From Mobula hypostoma (taxonomy: Eukaryota), in NCBI RefSeq assembly GCF_963921235.1, contig NC_086108.1, positions 68,946,001-69,010,000 on the forward strand: DNA of 64,000 bases. Direction: 5' to 3'. Shown here one piece after another: positions 40,330-54,150 of this stretch (its first letter is position 1; each line of letters begins with the position of its first letter). The translations under genes were made by a program, and so were the position numbers. The notes below the pieces were generated by a model. That model had not been told where the DNA came from, did no database searches, and saw nothing but the letters and a program-made list of their open reading frames with translations.

Positions 40330-41200
40330 CAAAGAAAATCAATCATTTCAAAATGGGAATTAAAAAGGCATCAGTGACATTAACCTGCAAGGCCACAGGG
40401 CCAGATCAGGGGTACATTGACAGTGCTACAGAATTAGATGAGGCAAAATCTGTTGAAAGCAACCAGAAAGAGTTTTCTGAAACAATATGTAGATACCCCT
40501 ACTCGATCACTACTGGCCCTATTACTCTATCTCCTCTTGAGAAATGAGGTTGAGCAAGTGGTTGATGTGTCACAGAGAAAGACCAGCAGGTTTAAGCAAC
40601 CCTGGCTGACAAAAGATATTAAGGCTCAGATCAGGATAAAGGAGGTATACGTTAGGTACAGTCAACTGAGATCAAGTAAAGCCCATGAGAAATACAAGGC
40701 ATGAAGTATTATACTTAAGGAAATTAGAAGGGCAAAAAGATATTCTTGGCACACAAGATAAATGAGAATCCTAAAAAAAATGGGCACATGAGGACAAAAA
40801 GATATTGAGACAAAGGTTCACTAATCTCCTATGGATCAGTGTGGTCATTTATGCGTGGAACCACAGGAGAAAGGGCAAGTTCTTAAGCAAATAGTTCTCA
40901 ATTATATTTACCATGGAGAAGTACTTGGAAGTTAGTGTGTTCAGGCAAAAGAACAGTGTTAGCCTAAAACATAAACTTTACAAAAAAAATGATGATGGCT
41001 ATCTTCAAGTGCATAAAGGTGGATCCCAGGGTCTGACCAGGTACATCCTAAGCCATTGTGGGGAAGCAAGGGAACAAACTGTTGGAGCCCTGACAGAGAT
41101 CTTTCTATTTTCCTTAGCCACAGATAAGGTATTGAAAAATGGTTAGTATTTTGCCTTTATATAAGGATTGCAAGGATAAGCCAAGGAACTACATAAAAGG
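40330..41200 (+). mobile_element. Old CR1 fragment
   Basis: FLKQYVDTPTR, PWLTKDI and GALTEIF...LAT remnants. Confidence 0.7.
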
Positions 41201-41204
41201 CACT

Positions 41205-42480
41205 GAGCTTAGATGAGAGTGAAGCATCACTGCCATTCATGATGTTACTTTTCACTTTGTAGGAAGTAATGGCCTGCAAGCCCTGCCAAAGTTGATGCGC
41301 ATCCGATTCCACCTCCAACCTCATTCAAAAGTGTTCCTTTGCTCGAGGTAGTGCACCACATGTCATACCTGGTTTTTTTGTATAGTCCTTGGTCTCCAGA
41401 CTTGAATGCCACAGGTCTAGCCCACAACAAACTACGACCATCCTGATTCATCCACAGGTTCTGATTTGGATACATACAGTATGTTCTCACATGCACACAG
41501 GTTTTAACTTAAGAGTCTGAATGAGTATGCCACTGCTTTCATGGACTAAGATGAATCCCTGAATAGAGTCCAGTATATCAATACAAAGCAGTCCTGCAAG
41601 AGCTTCTGCACCTCCCTTGTCCAAACCTTCTTAGTCCTCACTACTGGTGCTGCAGTCTTCAGTCTCCATCTTTTCTCAGGGAGTAGAAGTACAGCCAGGT
41701 GATCAGACTTTCCAAAGTGTGGGCATAGGATTGCACGGCAAGCACTCTTTATGGTAGTGTAGTAGAGGTCCAGTGCACTGGTTCCTCTGGTTTCACAAAT
41801 GATTTGTTGGTAACAATTATTTAGAGATTTTTTCAAACTGGTCTGATTAAGATCTCAAATAATGTAAAAGGCATTAGGATGTGCTGTTTCAAGCCTGTTG
41901 ATTACATAGCTCAGTTCGTCTAAAGCCTGCTTGACAATGGCACGAGGTGGAATGTAAACTGCTACCAAGATGACAGTTGAAATCTCCCATGGCAGATAAA
42001 ATGGATGACACTTGATTGTGAGATGTTCCAGACTGGGTGAGCAGGACTGGGACAGCACCACAACATTTATACGCCACAAGGAGTTGATCATAAAGCATTT
42101 TCCACTGCCTTTGAAAGACTCAGGAGTACTGTCTTGGCAGTGAATTGTGAAGATATCCAGCTATATCACTGCATCCAAAATGGCAGGGGGCATCCAAGAC
42201 TTCATGAAACAAAAAACACAACTGGTCCTAATGTCCCTCTGGTACAGCAGTCTAGCTTTGAGATCTTTGATTTTATTTGCCAGAGACAGTATGTTTAACA
42301 GCAGAATGGTCAGTATTGAGAGTTGAAAGCCACAGTTCCTTAGATGAACTTTTAAAGCAGAGCAGCATCCTCTTTCCCACTGTCTAAAAGGGGAATCATG
42401 CCAGCAATACTGACTTTGAGTGATAGCTTTTTCAAAATCACCTTAAAATGATACCACTAACTATATAGTCCATAGATGTA
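41205..42480 (-). mobile_element. Rex1/Babar LINE 5' / endonuclease part
   Basis: LVAVYIPP, LDLYYTTIK and HFGKSDHLAVLLLP. Confidence 0.85.
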
Positions 42481-42947
42481 GCTGTGTTTTTCAGATGTAG
42501 CAGACTGAAACGGGGCCAACAGAGCTGCTTGCTCAACTCGCAAGCAGATCCAATGCAATGATGGATGGTTGATCAAGCAGTTTGCTTTCATCTGGACAGC
42601 ATCGGGCCAAAGCCATTTTTGGAGCTGCAATCTGCTACGCATGTCACAATTATTCCATCGCATCTTGGGAAGTTGGGAGTTAAATTACTTACTTTTGTAG
42701 TTTTTAATATTGCTATTCCAGTTGTCTTTTGCCATCGATTTTCCAAGGAACTGATTTGAAATTTGACAACAATGATGACAGTAAATAAAGGATTGAGAAT
42801 TCTCTTCCAGGAGATTTTCATTGCATTAGTCAAATACAGTTCACTTTCCAATTATTAGCCCATACCCAAATGCTATCTGTGTCATACTGCCAGCAGGCTG
42901 ACTGCTTCATTTTCTGGGAACTTGCAAATATTGAGAGCCTTGTTGAC

Positions 42948-45900
42948 AGCTGATGGAGTAACATTGCTTTAGATTGCTCCTACCCTGTTTACTTAATTGT
43001 CTCCTACCAGTCTTTTTTTTTTTGAAACCTTATTATAATACTTTAAGACTGCTTTACTATGGCTGGGAAAAGAACCAAAGCATCTGCAAAAGAAAGAGAA
43101 ACAGAAGATGAATGCCCAGTCACTCTGGATTCAGTGACTTCCTTAAACGGCAAAAATCGGAATTTTCTGAGGAGTTTCAACGACTCAACGGCAAATTAGA
43201 TACAATTCAACAAACTTTATCTAAGCACGAGAACCGAATTCAGGAAAATACTGTGAAGCTGATGACACTTGAAGAGGACGTTGACGATACAATTAAATTC
43301 TGCAAAGAGTTAACTTTATCCAATGATAAAATGCTGAAAAGGATCATCAGTCTCAAAAATAGAAACAGTAGAAATAACTTACGAATTCTGGGTCTTGAAG
43401 AATCAATTGAAGGCGTTGACCTTACAAAGTTATTTGCAAACTTTCTGAAACAACTTTTCCCTGCTTTATTCACTTCCGAGCCAAAGCTCAATCGAGCATA
43501 TAACTCTCCGACTTCGAAGCCATTGTTGGCGGCGGCGAGACCCAGATCGGTCATACTAAGCTTTCATGAATTTCGTATTAAGGACCTTTTAATTCGCCAT
43601 ACCCATCAACAAGGAATGATCGATTTCCAAAATTACAAGGTTAGATTCGTGGAAGACTATTCGTGGAAGTTATGGCTGATCGCATGAAGTTTAAAGAAGT
43701 TATGTTGGAATTTTACAATAAAGGATATAAACCATCCCTTCGGTTCTCTGCTCGTCTGAGTATTGTTTTGAAGAATGGATTGCAAAAAAGAATAAAGTCG
43801 GTTGAAGAAGCAAAAGAATTTCTGAAGGATGAAGTCTAAAACTGTTAAATTTCTTACCTGATCAATTTTTTTCTTCTGTTAATATGAATTTGAAGTAAGG
43901 TTTCAATAAGCTTACGTTTTGGCTGTTCATATATTGTCTTTTTTTTGGACACTTTTTTATTGTATCCCTTTTTGAGGCTTTATTTTAATACAGCTTTCTT
44001 TGAATTTGTTTAAACTGATCCTTTCATACTTTCGAATACTGAGGTATTTTTCTTTTTAAGTTGTGTCTTGGTAGGGACATAATGACCTTGCAGGGCCGGA
44101 GTTTTTTCTGTCAACAGGATTTTTTGGGGAGGGAACTTAGTTCTTAGCTCGCTGACTCAAAAAGAATAAGAATCCTACTGTATGCTTTTCGTATAGACCT
44201 ACCTCTTTACTCAATTTTGATACTAAAATTTTATCTAAAGTGTTAACTCGCAAACTTGAAAATATTATATCTTCTATAGTTTTGGATGATCAGACAGGAT
44301 TTATTAAAAATCGATATTCCCATTTTAATATACAGCATTTGTTAAATGTTATGTACTCTCCATCTAAGGAAATATCGGAACGTGTGATATCTTTGGATGC
44401 AGAGAAGGCTTTTGACAAGAGTTGAATGGAACTTTTTAATCTGCATCCTTAGAAAAATTTAATTTTGGACCTAATTTTATTCATTGGATTAAATTACTTT
44501 AGTTATCTCCCTCCGTTCGAGTTCTTACTAATTTTCAGAATTCTAAACCCTTTAAGCTCCAATGTGGAACTAGACAAGGTTGCCCTTTGAGCCCTCTGCT
44601 TTTTGATTTGGTATTAGAACCCTTAGCAATTGTTTTTCCGAGAGTCTAAAGAGATTACTAGTATCTTAAGGAGAGATACTATTCATAAAGTGTCACTCTA
44701 TGCTGATGACTTATTGCTTTTTATATCTAATGTTACAACTTCCTTACTATTTGTGTTCTGTTTACTGACTAATTTTAGTCAGTTCTCAGGATATAAATTA
44801 AATTTACAGAAGAGTGAACTGTTTCCTTTAAACAATTTAATACCAACTGATATTAACCTTACTTTTAAAATTTTAAGAAAATAATTGACATATTTAGGAG
44901 TAACAATTACTAAGAATTATAAGGATTTATTTAAGGAAAATTTTTTAAGTTTATTGAATTATGTTAAAAAACACTAATTGGTTGCCTCTCTCTTTATTAC
45001 TAATTGGCCGAATCAATTCTATTAAAATGAATATCTCACCTAAATTTATATACCTTTTTCAAGCTGTGCCTGTTTTTATTCCTAAATCTTTTTCTGACTC
45101 TTTGGATTCAATTCTTTCTTCCTATATATGGAGGAATAAAAAACCTCGTATAAATAAAGCTCACCTGCAAAAACCCAAATAGAACAGAGGATTTGCCTTA
45201 CCCAATTTTAGGTTATATTATTGGGCAGTTAATATACGTAATATTACGTTCTGGATATATTACATTAACCATGAAAATTGCCCTACATGGGTTTCTTTGG
45301 AAGTCAACTCTGTTATAAAATTTTCCATTATTTCTTTACTTGAATCCTCACTTCCTTTATCTTTAAGTAAACTAATTGACAATGTGGTGCTTATACATAC
45401 ATTGAGAATTTGGTTACAGTTTAGAAAACATTTTGGTTTATTGAGATTCTCCCTCTCTCAAGTCCCACATTTTCTAATTGTTTTTTCAAACCATCTTTAA
45501 TTGACTTATCTTTTAAAGAATGGGATAGATTGGGTATTAAACGATTTCAGGATTTGTTTGATGAAGGGAATCTATCTTCTTTTGTGCAACTTTCAATGAA
45601 ATTTAACCTTTCCAACACTCACTTTTTGCGATACTTACAGATTAGAGATTTTTTAAGATCTCAATTACTTACATTTCATACAAGTCCAGATAAGAATATA
45701 ATAAATACAATTTTTAATCTGAAACCTTTGATAAAGGTTCAATATCTTACATTTATGGTCTACTGTTGGGACTCAAAAAGGCCTCTTTAGATAAAATTAA
45801 AGGAGATTGGGAAAAGGATCTACAGATTTTCATATCTGATGAGAGCTGGAAGACTATTTTAAAATTGATTAATTCTTCATCATTATGTGCCCATCATTCT

Positions 45901-46690
45901 TTATTACAAACCAAAGCAGTACACAGAGTTCATATGAATAAAGACAAGTTTTCCCATTTCTACACAGATATTTCCCCTTACTGTGATAGATGTACTAATG
46001 GAGTGGCCACACTAATTCATATCTTTTGGACATGTTCGAGCCTTGAAAAATCCTAGAAAGATGTATTTCAAACATTTTCTGCACTTTTCAATGCCAAAGT
46101 TAAGCCCAATCCTTTGACTGCCTTGTTTGGTATTGTTGAGGATAGCACTACAAAATTGAAGCCATCTGATTTGCGGGTATTGGCCTTTATGTCTCTTACG
46201 GCCAGGAGGGCAATCTTCCTCAAGTGGAAGGAGGCCGCCCCGCCCACTCACGTTCAATGGCTTATCTGACGTCATGTTGTGCCTTGATCTACAGATCCGT
46301 TGTTCAATTTCTGATTCTAAACATGATTTTCTAATATCATGGGGACCCTTTCTGAATTAGTTTCACAATCTTTGAACTGTTATTAAAGTATGGATCTGAG
46401 CCATTATTATTATAATATCACATGGTCGGTATTTTTCTTTTTTCTTCTTTTTTTTTTACCAACCAGCTCATTTTGGTAGTGGGGGTAGATGTTTTTTATA
46501 AAATACAATTATTTTATCCTATTTCATTTCATAATTCAATCTTTTTTTTAATACATGATTGATTGGGAATATGGGATACTGTGATTTAAATGTAATTTAA
46601 TTCGTATTATTTACTTGTAATCTTATGAATTTTGTATTTGTATTCATGTAATTTATATCATATCAATAAAAATATTGCAAAAGCAAACAG
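42948..46690 (+). mobile_element. L1-clade LINE: ORF1 plus ORF2 lacking the endonuclease
   Basis: ORF1 at about 43059-43839 (NRNSRNNLRILGL). RT remnants [24 protein letters not shown] and GRINSIKMN, plus zinc knuckle. Ends tcaataaaaa. Confidence 0.93.
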
Positions 46691-46897
46691 AATACAGAAA
46701 GAGGCTTTGTGAACGGACAAAATATGTTGGATGAAATATAATACAGAACATGATGTGGGAAAGTAGAAAAATGGGGTATTTTATAAATATAAAAGATCAT
46801 AAGTGCTGTTATTCTGAGGGACCCGAGTGATCTAGCACTTTCATTAAAGATGCACAAATCTTTCTTGGTTAATGAGCTGTTCATTTTAAAAGCTTAC

Positions 46898-47097
46898 CAA
46901 CTGTGTTGGTATCTTCAACTACCACCTCCACATTTCTGTCACGGTATTCCACTCTAAAATTCAACATTCTTGGTTGCCTTTCCACTATTGGTCTTGATGG
47001 TGTTTTGGGGCAGAAGGTCGAGGAAGTGGAAGAGGAAGAGGACTGACCAGTAGATCCAAACGTTGGATCCTGTGACGTCTCACCACTAACAAACTCA
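46898..47097 (-). CDS. FAF1: FAF1 coding exon (equivalent to exon 4), 200 nt, start of UBL1
   Basis: tttgcAG acceptor and GTaag donor. Encodes EFVSGETSQDPTFGSTGQSSSSSTSSTFCPKTPSRPIVERQPRMLNFRVEYRDRNVEVVVEDTNTV(G), matching FAF1 IVERQPRMLDFRVEYRDRNVDVVLED. Confidence 0.96.
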
Positions 47098-47632
47098 CTG
47101 CAAACAGATAAAAAAATTCAAACATGAACAATAATATTACCAAAACATCTAAAACAGACATAGGAAACTACTCTGGCATACCAAACAATCACTGGTCAAT
47201 TTCTTAGATAGTTAGCTCTGGTTTGTGCATTGAAAAGTTATCTGTATCTGGGCAGCTGGCTGCATGGCTGGCCAAGTTATGAACTGATCAAAACTATAAA
47301 AATGGTAAAGCAAGATTTTATGGACAAGATTTTCAATATTATACTTTTTTTAAAAAAAGTCACCAACTAAAGCTGGTTTTAATTTAGTTTGTAAAATGTA
47401 AACCATTTCAGAACAAATATTGAAAGCCCTAAAAAGAGTGTAATAAAATCTTTCACAATGAATTCAGAATTATTCATACATTTACACCCAAGGACACAGA
47501 AACTTCGAAATTCTCATAATAAATCGAAATCACAATACAACTTCCACTTCCTCTATTATGCAAATGTTCATCTGTAGGTTACAAATGCATTAATAATGAG
47601 AAAACCATACAAAAATAACAACCTCAACAATT

Positions 47633-48094
47633 ACGAGGAAATCTGCAGATGCTGGAATTTCAAGCAATACAAGTTGCTGGTGAACGCAGCAGGCCAGGCA
47701 GCATCTCTAGGAAGAGGTACAGTCAACGTTTCAGGCCGAGACCCTTTGTCAGGACTAACTGAAAGAAGACCTAGTAAGAGATTTGAAAGTGGGAGGGGGA
47801 GGGGGAGATCCGAAATGATAGGAGAAGACGGCGGGGGGGAGGGATGGAGCCAAGAGCTGGACAGGTGATTGGCAAAAGGGATATGAGAGGATCATGGGAC
47901 AGGAGGCCTAAGGAGAAAGAATCCCCCTCCTGTCTTCTCCTATCATTTCGGATCTCCCCCTCCCCCTCTCAAATCTCTTACTAGCTCTTCTTTCAGTTAG
48001 TCCTGACGAAGGGCCTCGGCCCAAAACGTCGACTATACCTCTTCCTAGAGATGCTGCCTGGCCTGCTGCATTCACCAGCAACTTTTATGTGTGT
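47633..48094. mobile_element. Non-coding palindromic Penelope derivative (two inverted pLTRs, each with a hammerhead motif)
   Basis: 47670-47830 is the reverse complement of 47930-48085; 13-bp flanks aacctcaacaatt (47620-47632) / aacctctacaatt (48095-48107). Confidence 0.85.
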
Positions 48095-49674
48095 AACCTC
48101 TACAATTGTAGGGTTTTAGCAGATTATAAAAACTTGTTTTAAATATCTCAATTATTCTGATGACAATCAAGAAAAATAGCTAAGCAGCTTTTGAATTATA
48201 CTTCTTCGCAGTTGGTAGGACAATTCCTACTGATAATTCAAGTTATCTATACATATATTTAACACAACTGGAATCAAATCTGAAATGCTGACACACTAAC
48301 AGAATGACTAAGTGTCTTCCGGTTGCTTTGGATCCATATGAAAATTTACTTTTTTATTATTTCTCATCTTTTTAAAATCACACGAGCTGGTCACCTAGCC
48401 CAAAGTCTCCATGCCAACCCTGAGAGGATTCGTATTCCTCAAATTTCTTACATGCCCATCAACTACTCCTATTTTCAGACAACCTGCCAATTCACAGTAG
48501 TCAATTAATTTACCTTTGGGACACGGGAGTAAATTAGGGCAGATCAACCAAAGGCACTGCATCTGTTCAGCACCCACAGCTATGCCCCTGTGACATTCAT
48601 GCACTCTCATTCACCAATAACTCATAAAATGGTTGACATGAGAATTAAGCAAATATCATCTTGATATAATTTAGAAAATTATGACTTGGGTTTAGATATG
48701 TTGCAAGTGAATAATTAGCACAAATGGATATATTCTGAATTTAATCATTTAACGAAGTGTACTTAATCATTTAACGAAGTGTCATATAAAGATGAACGCA
48801 CAAGGGGGAATAGGCCACTCAGCCACAGGGGTGAAACTTGTTCAACAGGAAACCATTAAGCAGACAAGGTCTATATTTTCCAGAGATCAGGTAAGTGAGA
48901 AGTGATCTAACTTCAGTTTAAGATGGTGTTACTGAAGGTGGGCAACAACTTAATGGGTGTTTTCAAAGCAAGAAATTTGACTAAATGCTCTATTAATAAC
49001 ACTTCTTATATGGAAAATTGTGGTAAACCATCACTGCAAACAATGAAGTAGTGAATGAAGGCAAGGCTGATCGGTGGGTCGAGGCGTGTGAATGCAAGAC
49101 AGACTAGAGCAAGGTAGAGGCATGTTCCTGGAGAAGTTGGAACTTTGGAGACAACGTTGGAGCGACCAGAGCGGTACTAAAGTTGAAGCGGAGTTGTTTT
49201 GGTGCCCAACTACCTAAACGGGGAGCAAGGTTTGATCCTTCTAAACGCCGCATTGATTTGGAAAGATTGAATACATGCCAGAAGCAGCCTAGAGTATCAC
49301 TGCAGCGGGGCCCAGGTTCGAGTGTGGGGGACAATCCAGTGCTTGAACAATTTAAACACTAGGCCAAATGGACTGAAAAGGCAGGGTGTCAGGACTGGAG
49401 ACAAGAGTTGAGCTGGATCTGCTCCACAATGTTTTACTCTGTTCTCCTCAGCGTTGAGGCTGAGGCTGTGCCCTGCTCTGGCTCCTACGCGCTTCGTGTC
49501 TGCAAGCTTCACAGAGATTTTGCCTTACTATACAATGAGCTAAGAACTAGGCTACGGGTCTACTCTGGCTGCTCCAGGATTCAGATCCATGGACTCAAGT
49601 TGGTTCGGAATGCTGCTGCTTGCTTTTACTGTTTGCGTGATTTGTGGGGTTTTTTCGCCCTCTTTCTCAGCATA

Positions 49675-52370
49675 CAGGTTTCCCCCGCCATCCGAAGGTA
49701 GAGTGTTCCAATGAAACAGTTCGTAAGTCGAAATGTCGTAAAGTGAAGAAGCAATTACCATTTATTAACATGGGAAAAATTTTTGAGCATTTCCAGACCC
49801 AAAAAATAACCTACCAAAACATGCCAAATAACACATAAAACCTAAAATAACAGTAACATAAAGTAAAAGCAGGAATGATATGATAAATACACAGCCTATA
49901 TAAAGTAGAAATACTTTTTGCAATCATTGAAGTACTGTCTAGCACAGCGAAAATCTCACGCATGTGCTCTCGGCAGAAGCACTCTCTCCAGTAACCTTTA
50001 AACTATGAGGCTGCCAAATTGTACCAAATAACAAATCATACTAAATAACACAAAAATACACAGCCCATATAAAGTAGAAATACTTTTTGCAATCATTGAA
50101 GCACAGTCTAGCGCAGCGAAAATCTCACGCATGCGCTCTCGGCGCAGGCGCTGTCGGTGGAAGCACTCTCTCCAGTAACCTTTAAGCTATGAGGCTGCCA
50201 AATCGTACCAAATAACAAATCATACTAAATAACACAAGAATACACAACCTATATAAAGTAGAAATAATGTATGTATAGTGTAGTTTCACTTACGGGAATC
50301 GGGATGGTGTGTTAGGCTGAGTCATCGGAAATTGGGGTGGTGGGAGGTAGAGGAGACTGGGGTGTCATCTCATCGTAATCTATTTTCAATAGGGCAGCCA
50401 GGTCATCATCTTCTATGTCTGCCTGCCTCGATGTCGAAGGTCGAGATTCGTCGTCTGCTGTGGCTGATGTGCAAGGCTTGAAAAACGACAGTATACTTGA
50501 CTGCTGAGCCTCGCGCATTTTTAGATCATAGAGTTCTTTGTAAGCACTCAAAACATCCTGCAAACCTACCCTAAACCTACGTGCCCTTTCAAAATTAAAG
50601 TCATACTTTTCTGCAATCATTGCAGCGTTGTCAATCGCAGCGAAAATCTCACGCAACTGCTTCACGTTCAGTCCTGGACGACTTCATTTTTGCCACTGCG
50701 TTCGGTTTCGATTGTTATCCTTTCCTCTTGCAATTGCATCAGCTCTTCATCTGTCAATTCTTGGTCGTGGAATGCCAAAACCTCTTCAACATCATCTTCG
50801 TCAGCTTCCACAAACCCAGCCTCCTTAGCCAAGCTCACTATTGTCGTATTTATTGTTGATGGTTCGAAGCCTTTAAAATCGTTCACTGCTTCGGGACATA
50901 GTTTCCTCCAAACGCCATTTCTCATCGAGACTGTTAGCCTATCGAGAGCATCTCCAATGTTGGCGATTGCCAGTTTTATATTGTAGTCTTTCCAGATCTC
51001 TCACAAAGATGCTTCGGAGTTTCCCTCTCTGTCAAGAGCACTTACAATAAAACGCATCACATTTTGCGTATAGTAAGCCTTAATTGTGGCTATTAGGCCT
51101 TGGCCACACGGCTGCAGCAACGATGTCGTATTCGGCGGTAAGAGCGCAATACGCATGTTACTGCCATACTCGGTAATGGCAGACGGATGAGCAGCACAAT
51201 TATCCACAATCACAAGACACCTATTATCAAGGTCATCTTCTCTACAGTATTTTTCAACAAAAGGACTAACGTATCTGCTCATGTACTCAGAAAAAAGCAC
51301 TTGGGTGTTCCAACTGCTTGGATGTGAACGGAACACAACGGGAAGTGTTTTCTTATCAACGCCTTTAAGTGCCCTTGGATTTTCTGAATGGTACCCTAGT
51401 AGAAGCTTAATGGCGTTAGTAATAGGCATTAGGGTAAGCCTGTCCTTCGATGCCTTGTATCCCTTTAGCCTGCTTTTCTTCTTTCGAAATAAATGTCTTA
51501 CTCAGCAATTTTTTCCAATAAATTGCAGTTTCGTCACAGTTAAACACTTGCTTATAGGAATAACCACCCTCTGTAATTATTTACTTCAGTTTTGCTGGGG
51601 ACCTTTCAGCAGCTTCAGTTATCAACCGAAGCACTCTGTCCAATAAACGTTAAACTATGAAGCTGCCCTCACCTCAGAAACTGATCAAACCACCCGTGAC
51701 TACCTTTAAATTCCACTTTCGCAATACTTTCATCACCAATGGCCAGTGCTTTCTGTTTCAGCTTATTAAAAAGACTGACTGATTTCTCCTTAAGTATAAG
51801 ATAACTTAAAGGAACACCACGTTTTGTACACCCATCAATCCACTCAAGCAATAGACTTTCCATTTTATCCATTACTGGATGCCAACTAAGAGAGACCACT
51901 TTGCTACGAGCAGAGCCAACAGTAACATCGGCAGCTTTCAAGATTTTTTTCTCCGCGTGTAAATAGTGCGAATGGTGGATGCAGGCAAGTTCAACACGCA
52001 GACAATGTCCTTACTTCGTTCACCATGGTCGAAATGCTTAATTATGTCTAGTTTTACGCTAAGTGTAACACCCTTATGAGCTCTTTTAGGCTTTTCCGAT
52101 ACCTTAGAACTCACCTCGCTAACAGATACACAAAATAAATCGAGATAAAGCATGTGTTTAAGCAATGGCGGCTAGAATGCAGTTCTGGGGGAGGAGCTTG
52201 GCTGCTCGAGGCGCGCGCTGTTTTTTTCCCCGCACACTGCCATTTTTCGCACGCTGCTTTTTTTCATAACAGTGAAAAAACCTTCTGTTAGCGAAAACAG
52301 GGTACTAATGTAGGTCTTTCGTAACAGTGAGGTTTCATAAAGCAAACGTTCGAAAAGTGGGGGACACCTG
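49675..52370 (-). mobile_element. Tigger/pogo DNA transposon, near full length, with a frameshifted transposase
   Basis: TA TSDs; TIRs caggtttccccc / gggggacacctg. HTH-psq (VTLSVKLDIIK), CENP-B HTH (MESLLLEWI, FKGSHGWF) and DDE_1 (IVDNCAAH, LPPNTTSLLQP) remnants. Confidence 0.93.
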
Positions 52371-52669
52371 TATTAGGTGTTGGCCTTTTATTAAATTGGG
52401 TTCTTTCGGGTTTCTTGTTTTGTGGCTGCCTGTAAGCAGACAAACTTCAAGGCTGTATAACTTATACGTACTTTGATTGAAACATACAAAGGTTTAATTG
52501 GTCTGATATTTCCTCTCGTTCCTACCTAGAACTAGGAGGTCAAAGTTTCTTAATAAGGGTTTGACTATTTACATACCAGATGGCAAGAAAGTTCTGTATT
52601 CAAGAGGCCAGAAGAGATTCAGATACTGAATACATTCAATTCAAAGATCAACACTTTTTCAAAATCTCA

Positions 52670-54150
52670 CTTTTTCGTACACAATTTTACAGATTGACAG
52701 AAACACCAGAGTTTTAAATGCAGAACAACAATTTGAGTGGAGATACAACTATTTCTGGAGCAATCCTCCAGTTCTACTGCAAGGAATAATCTGATCCCAA
52801 AGCCAATGCTGTATTCAGTACTCCTTGGTATCAGCTGGCTTCCATAAATGACAAAGGTTGCAGAAGCATGATGCATCATCCACTCAAGACCTCCAGCTGA
52901 AGATGATTCCAAAATTATGTTTTTTTTCCCAGTACTCACCTGCCACACTCCACCAACACAAAGAGAATGATATTCCTGGAGCCATCTTCTCCTGTTAGCT
53001 GTATAATTGGGCTAAACTTGACAAAACTGCAGAGCTGTGATATTATCTGTTGATTCGCAAATTGCTTAACTCACATAATTTTACTTGTTTAGCATACATG
53101 TTATATGCTACTGCATCATTAAACTGGACTTTTTAGGAATAATTTATGCTGTTGCCAGCATGCCCTGCTGTGCTCCTCAGTGAACCAGGACTGGTCCAAT
53201 AGCTTGATTGTCATGTAAAGGATAGATACTGACAGACTGTACTGGAATACTACTCTGGTAAGGTAAATATCTTTCAGTTTCTCTTGTATTCCAAATTTTA
53301 TATTATACATTCAGACTAACCAAATTATCATGATGCTAATGTCACACAACATTGAAGGATGCCCTTAGTGTGAAAATCAGACCATCTCCAAAAGGATAAT
53401 CTGATAGTCAACACTGTCACAGACAGATACAACCATAAAAAGCTGATTACTGAGTGAGGTTATGCAAGTTTCTCCTTCATATTCATTTGTTCATCACCTG
53501 CCAGAAAGCAAGTTCTTCAGAGGTCAGCAAGTAATATTACTACGACTGTTAATCTTAGTAACAGATATAGAAGTCCACTCAGTGCTTCTTCCAAGTATTT
53601 TCAATACAGAGAAATGACAATGCATTAGAAGAAAGAGAATGGTAACTAATGAATCTACTCTTGATAACTCAAGTTCTTGTCTGTGTTTGACATGATGCCA
53701 TGATATATACTGGCATTCCATCATTCTTGTACATAAATATAACACCACTTCTAGTGGCATTGTCCCACCAGCGCGGTCTGGATGAATTCAAGATTTACAA
53801 CGGAGAAGTTAAGGTATTAGCTGTGGAGCTACAATGCTGAGAGTGAGAATGTCAGGTAGACCATAGACAGCTCTTCCTATTTAGACATGGAGCTCCAAGC
53901 ACTCCTGAGGACATTACCAGTCAACTGGAGGCAAATGAGATGACAGATAATAAATTCTTAATCATTATCCTTATTCTATTTTGACGCAGCTGTTCTTATA
54001 TAATAAAAATGGCTTGCATGACCATTTCAGAAGGCAGTTAAGGATGAATAACACTGCTGTGAATCCGCATTCATAAAGATCAAGCTGAGCCAGGGCACCA
54101 AATTTTATTCCCTCCATAGTATCAGTTAATCAGATGATTTTATTTTGTTT
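52670..54150 (-). mobile_element. Very old CR1/L2-like remnant
   Basis: Faint LINE-like remnants (for example gagtggatgatgcatcatg and ggtttattt-like segments) with no intact motif. Confidence 0.35.

Noticed and set aside
48741..48782. 20-bp direct repeat ttaatcatttaacgaagtgt x2
   Set aside because: Simple local tandem duplication with no further structure.
49885..50265. Repeat array as CRISPR
   Set aside because: Long tandem units with no unique spacers and no cas genes; lies inside a Tigger element.
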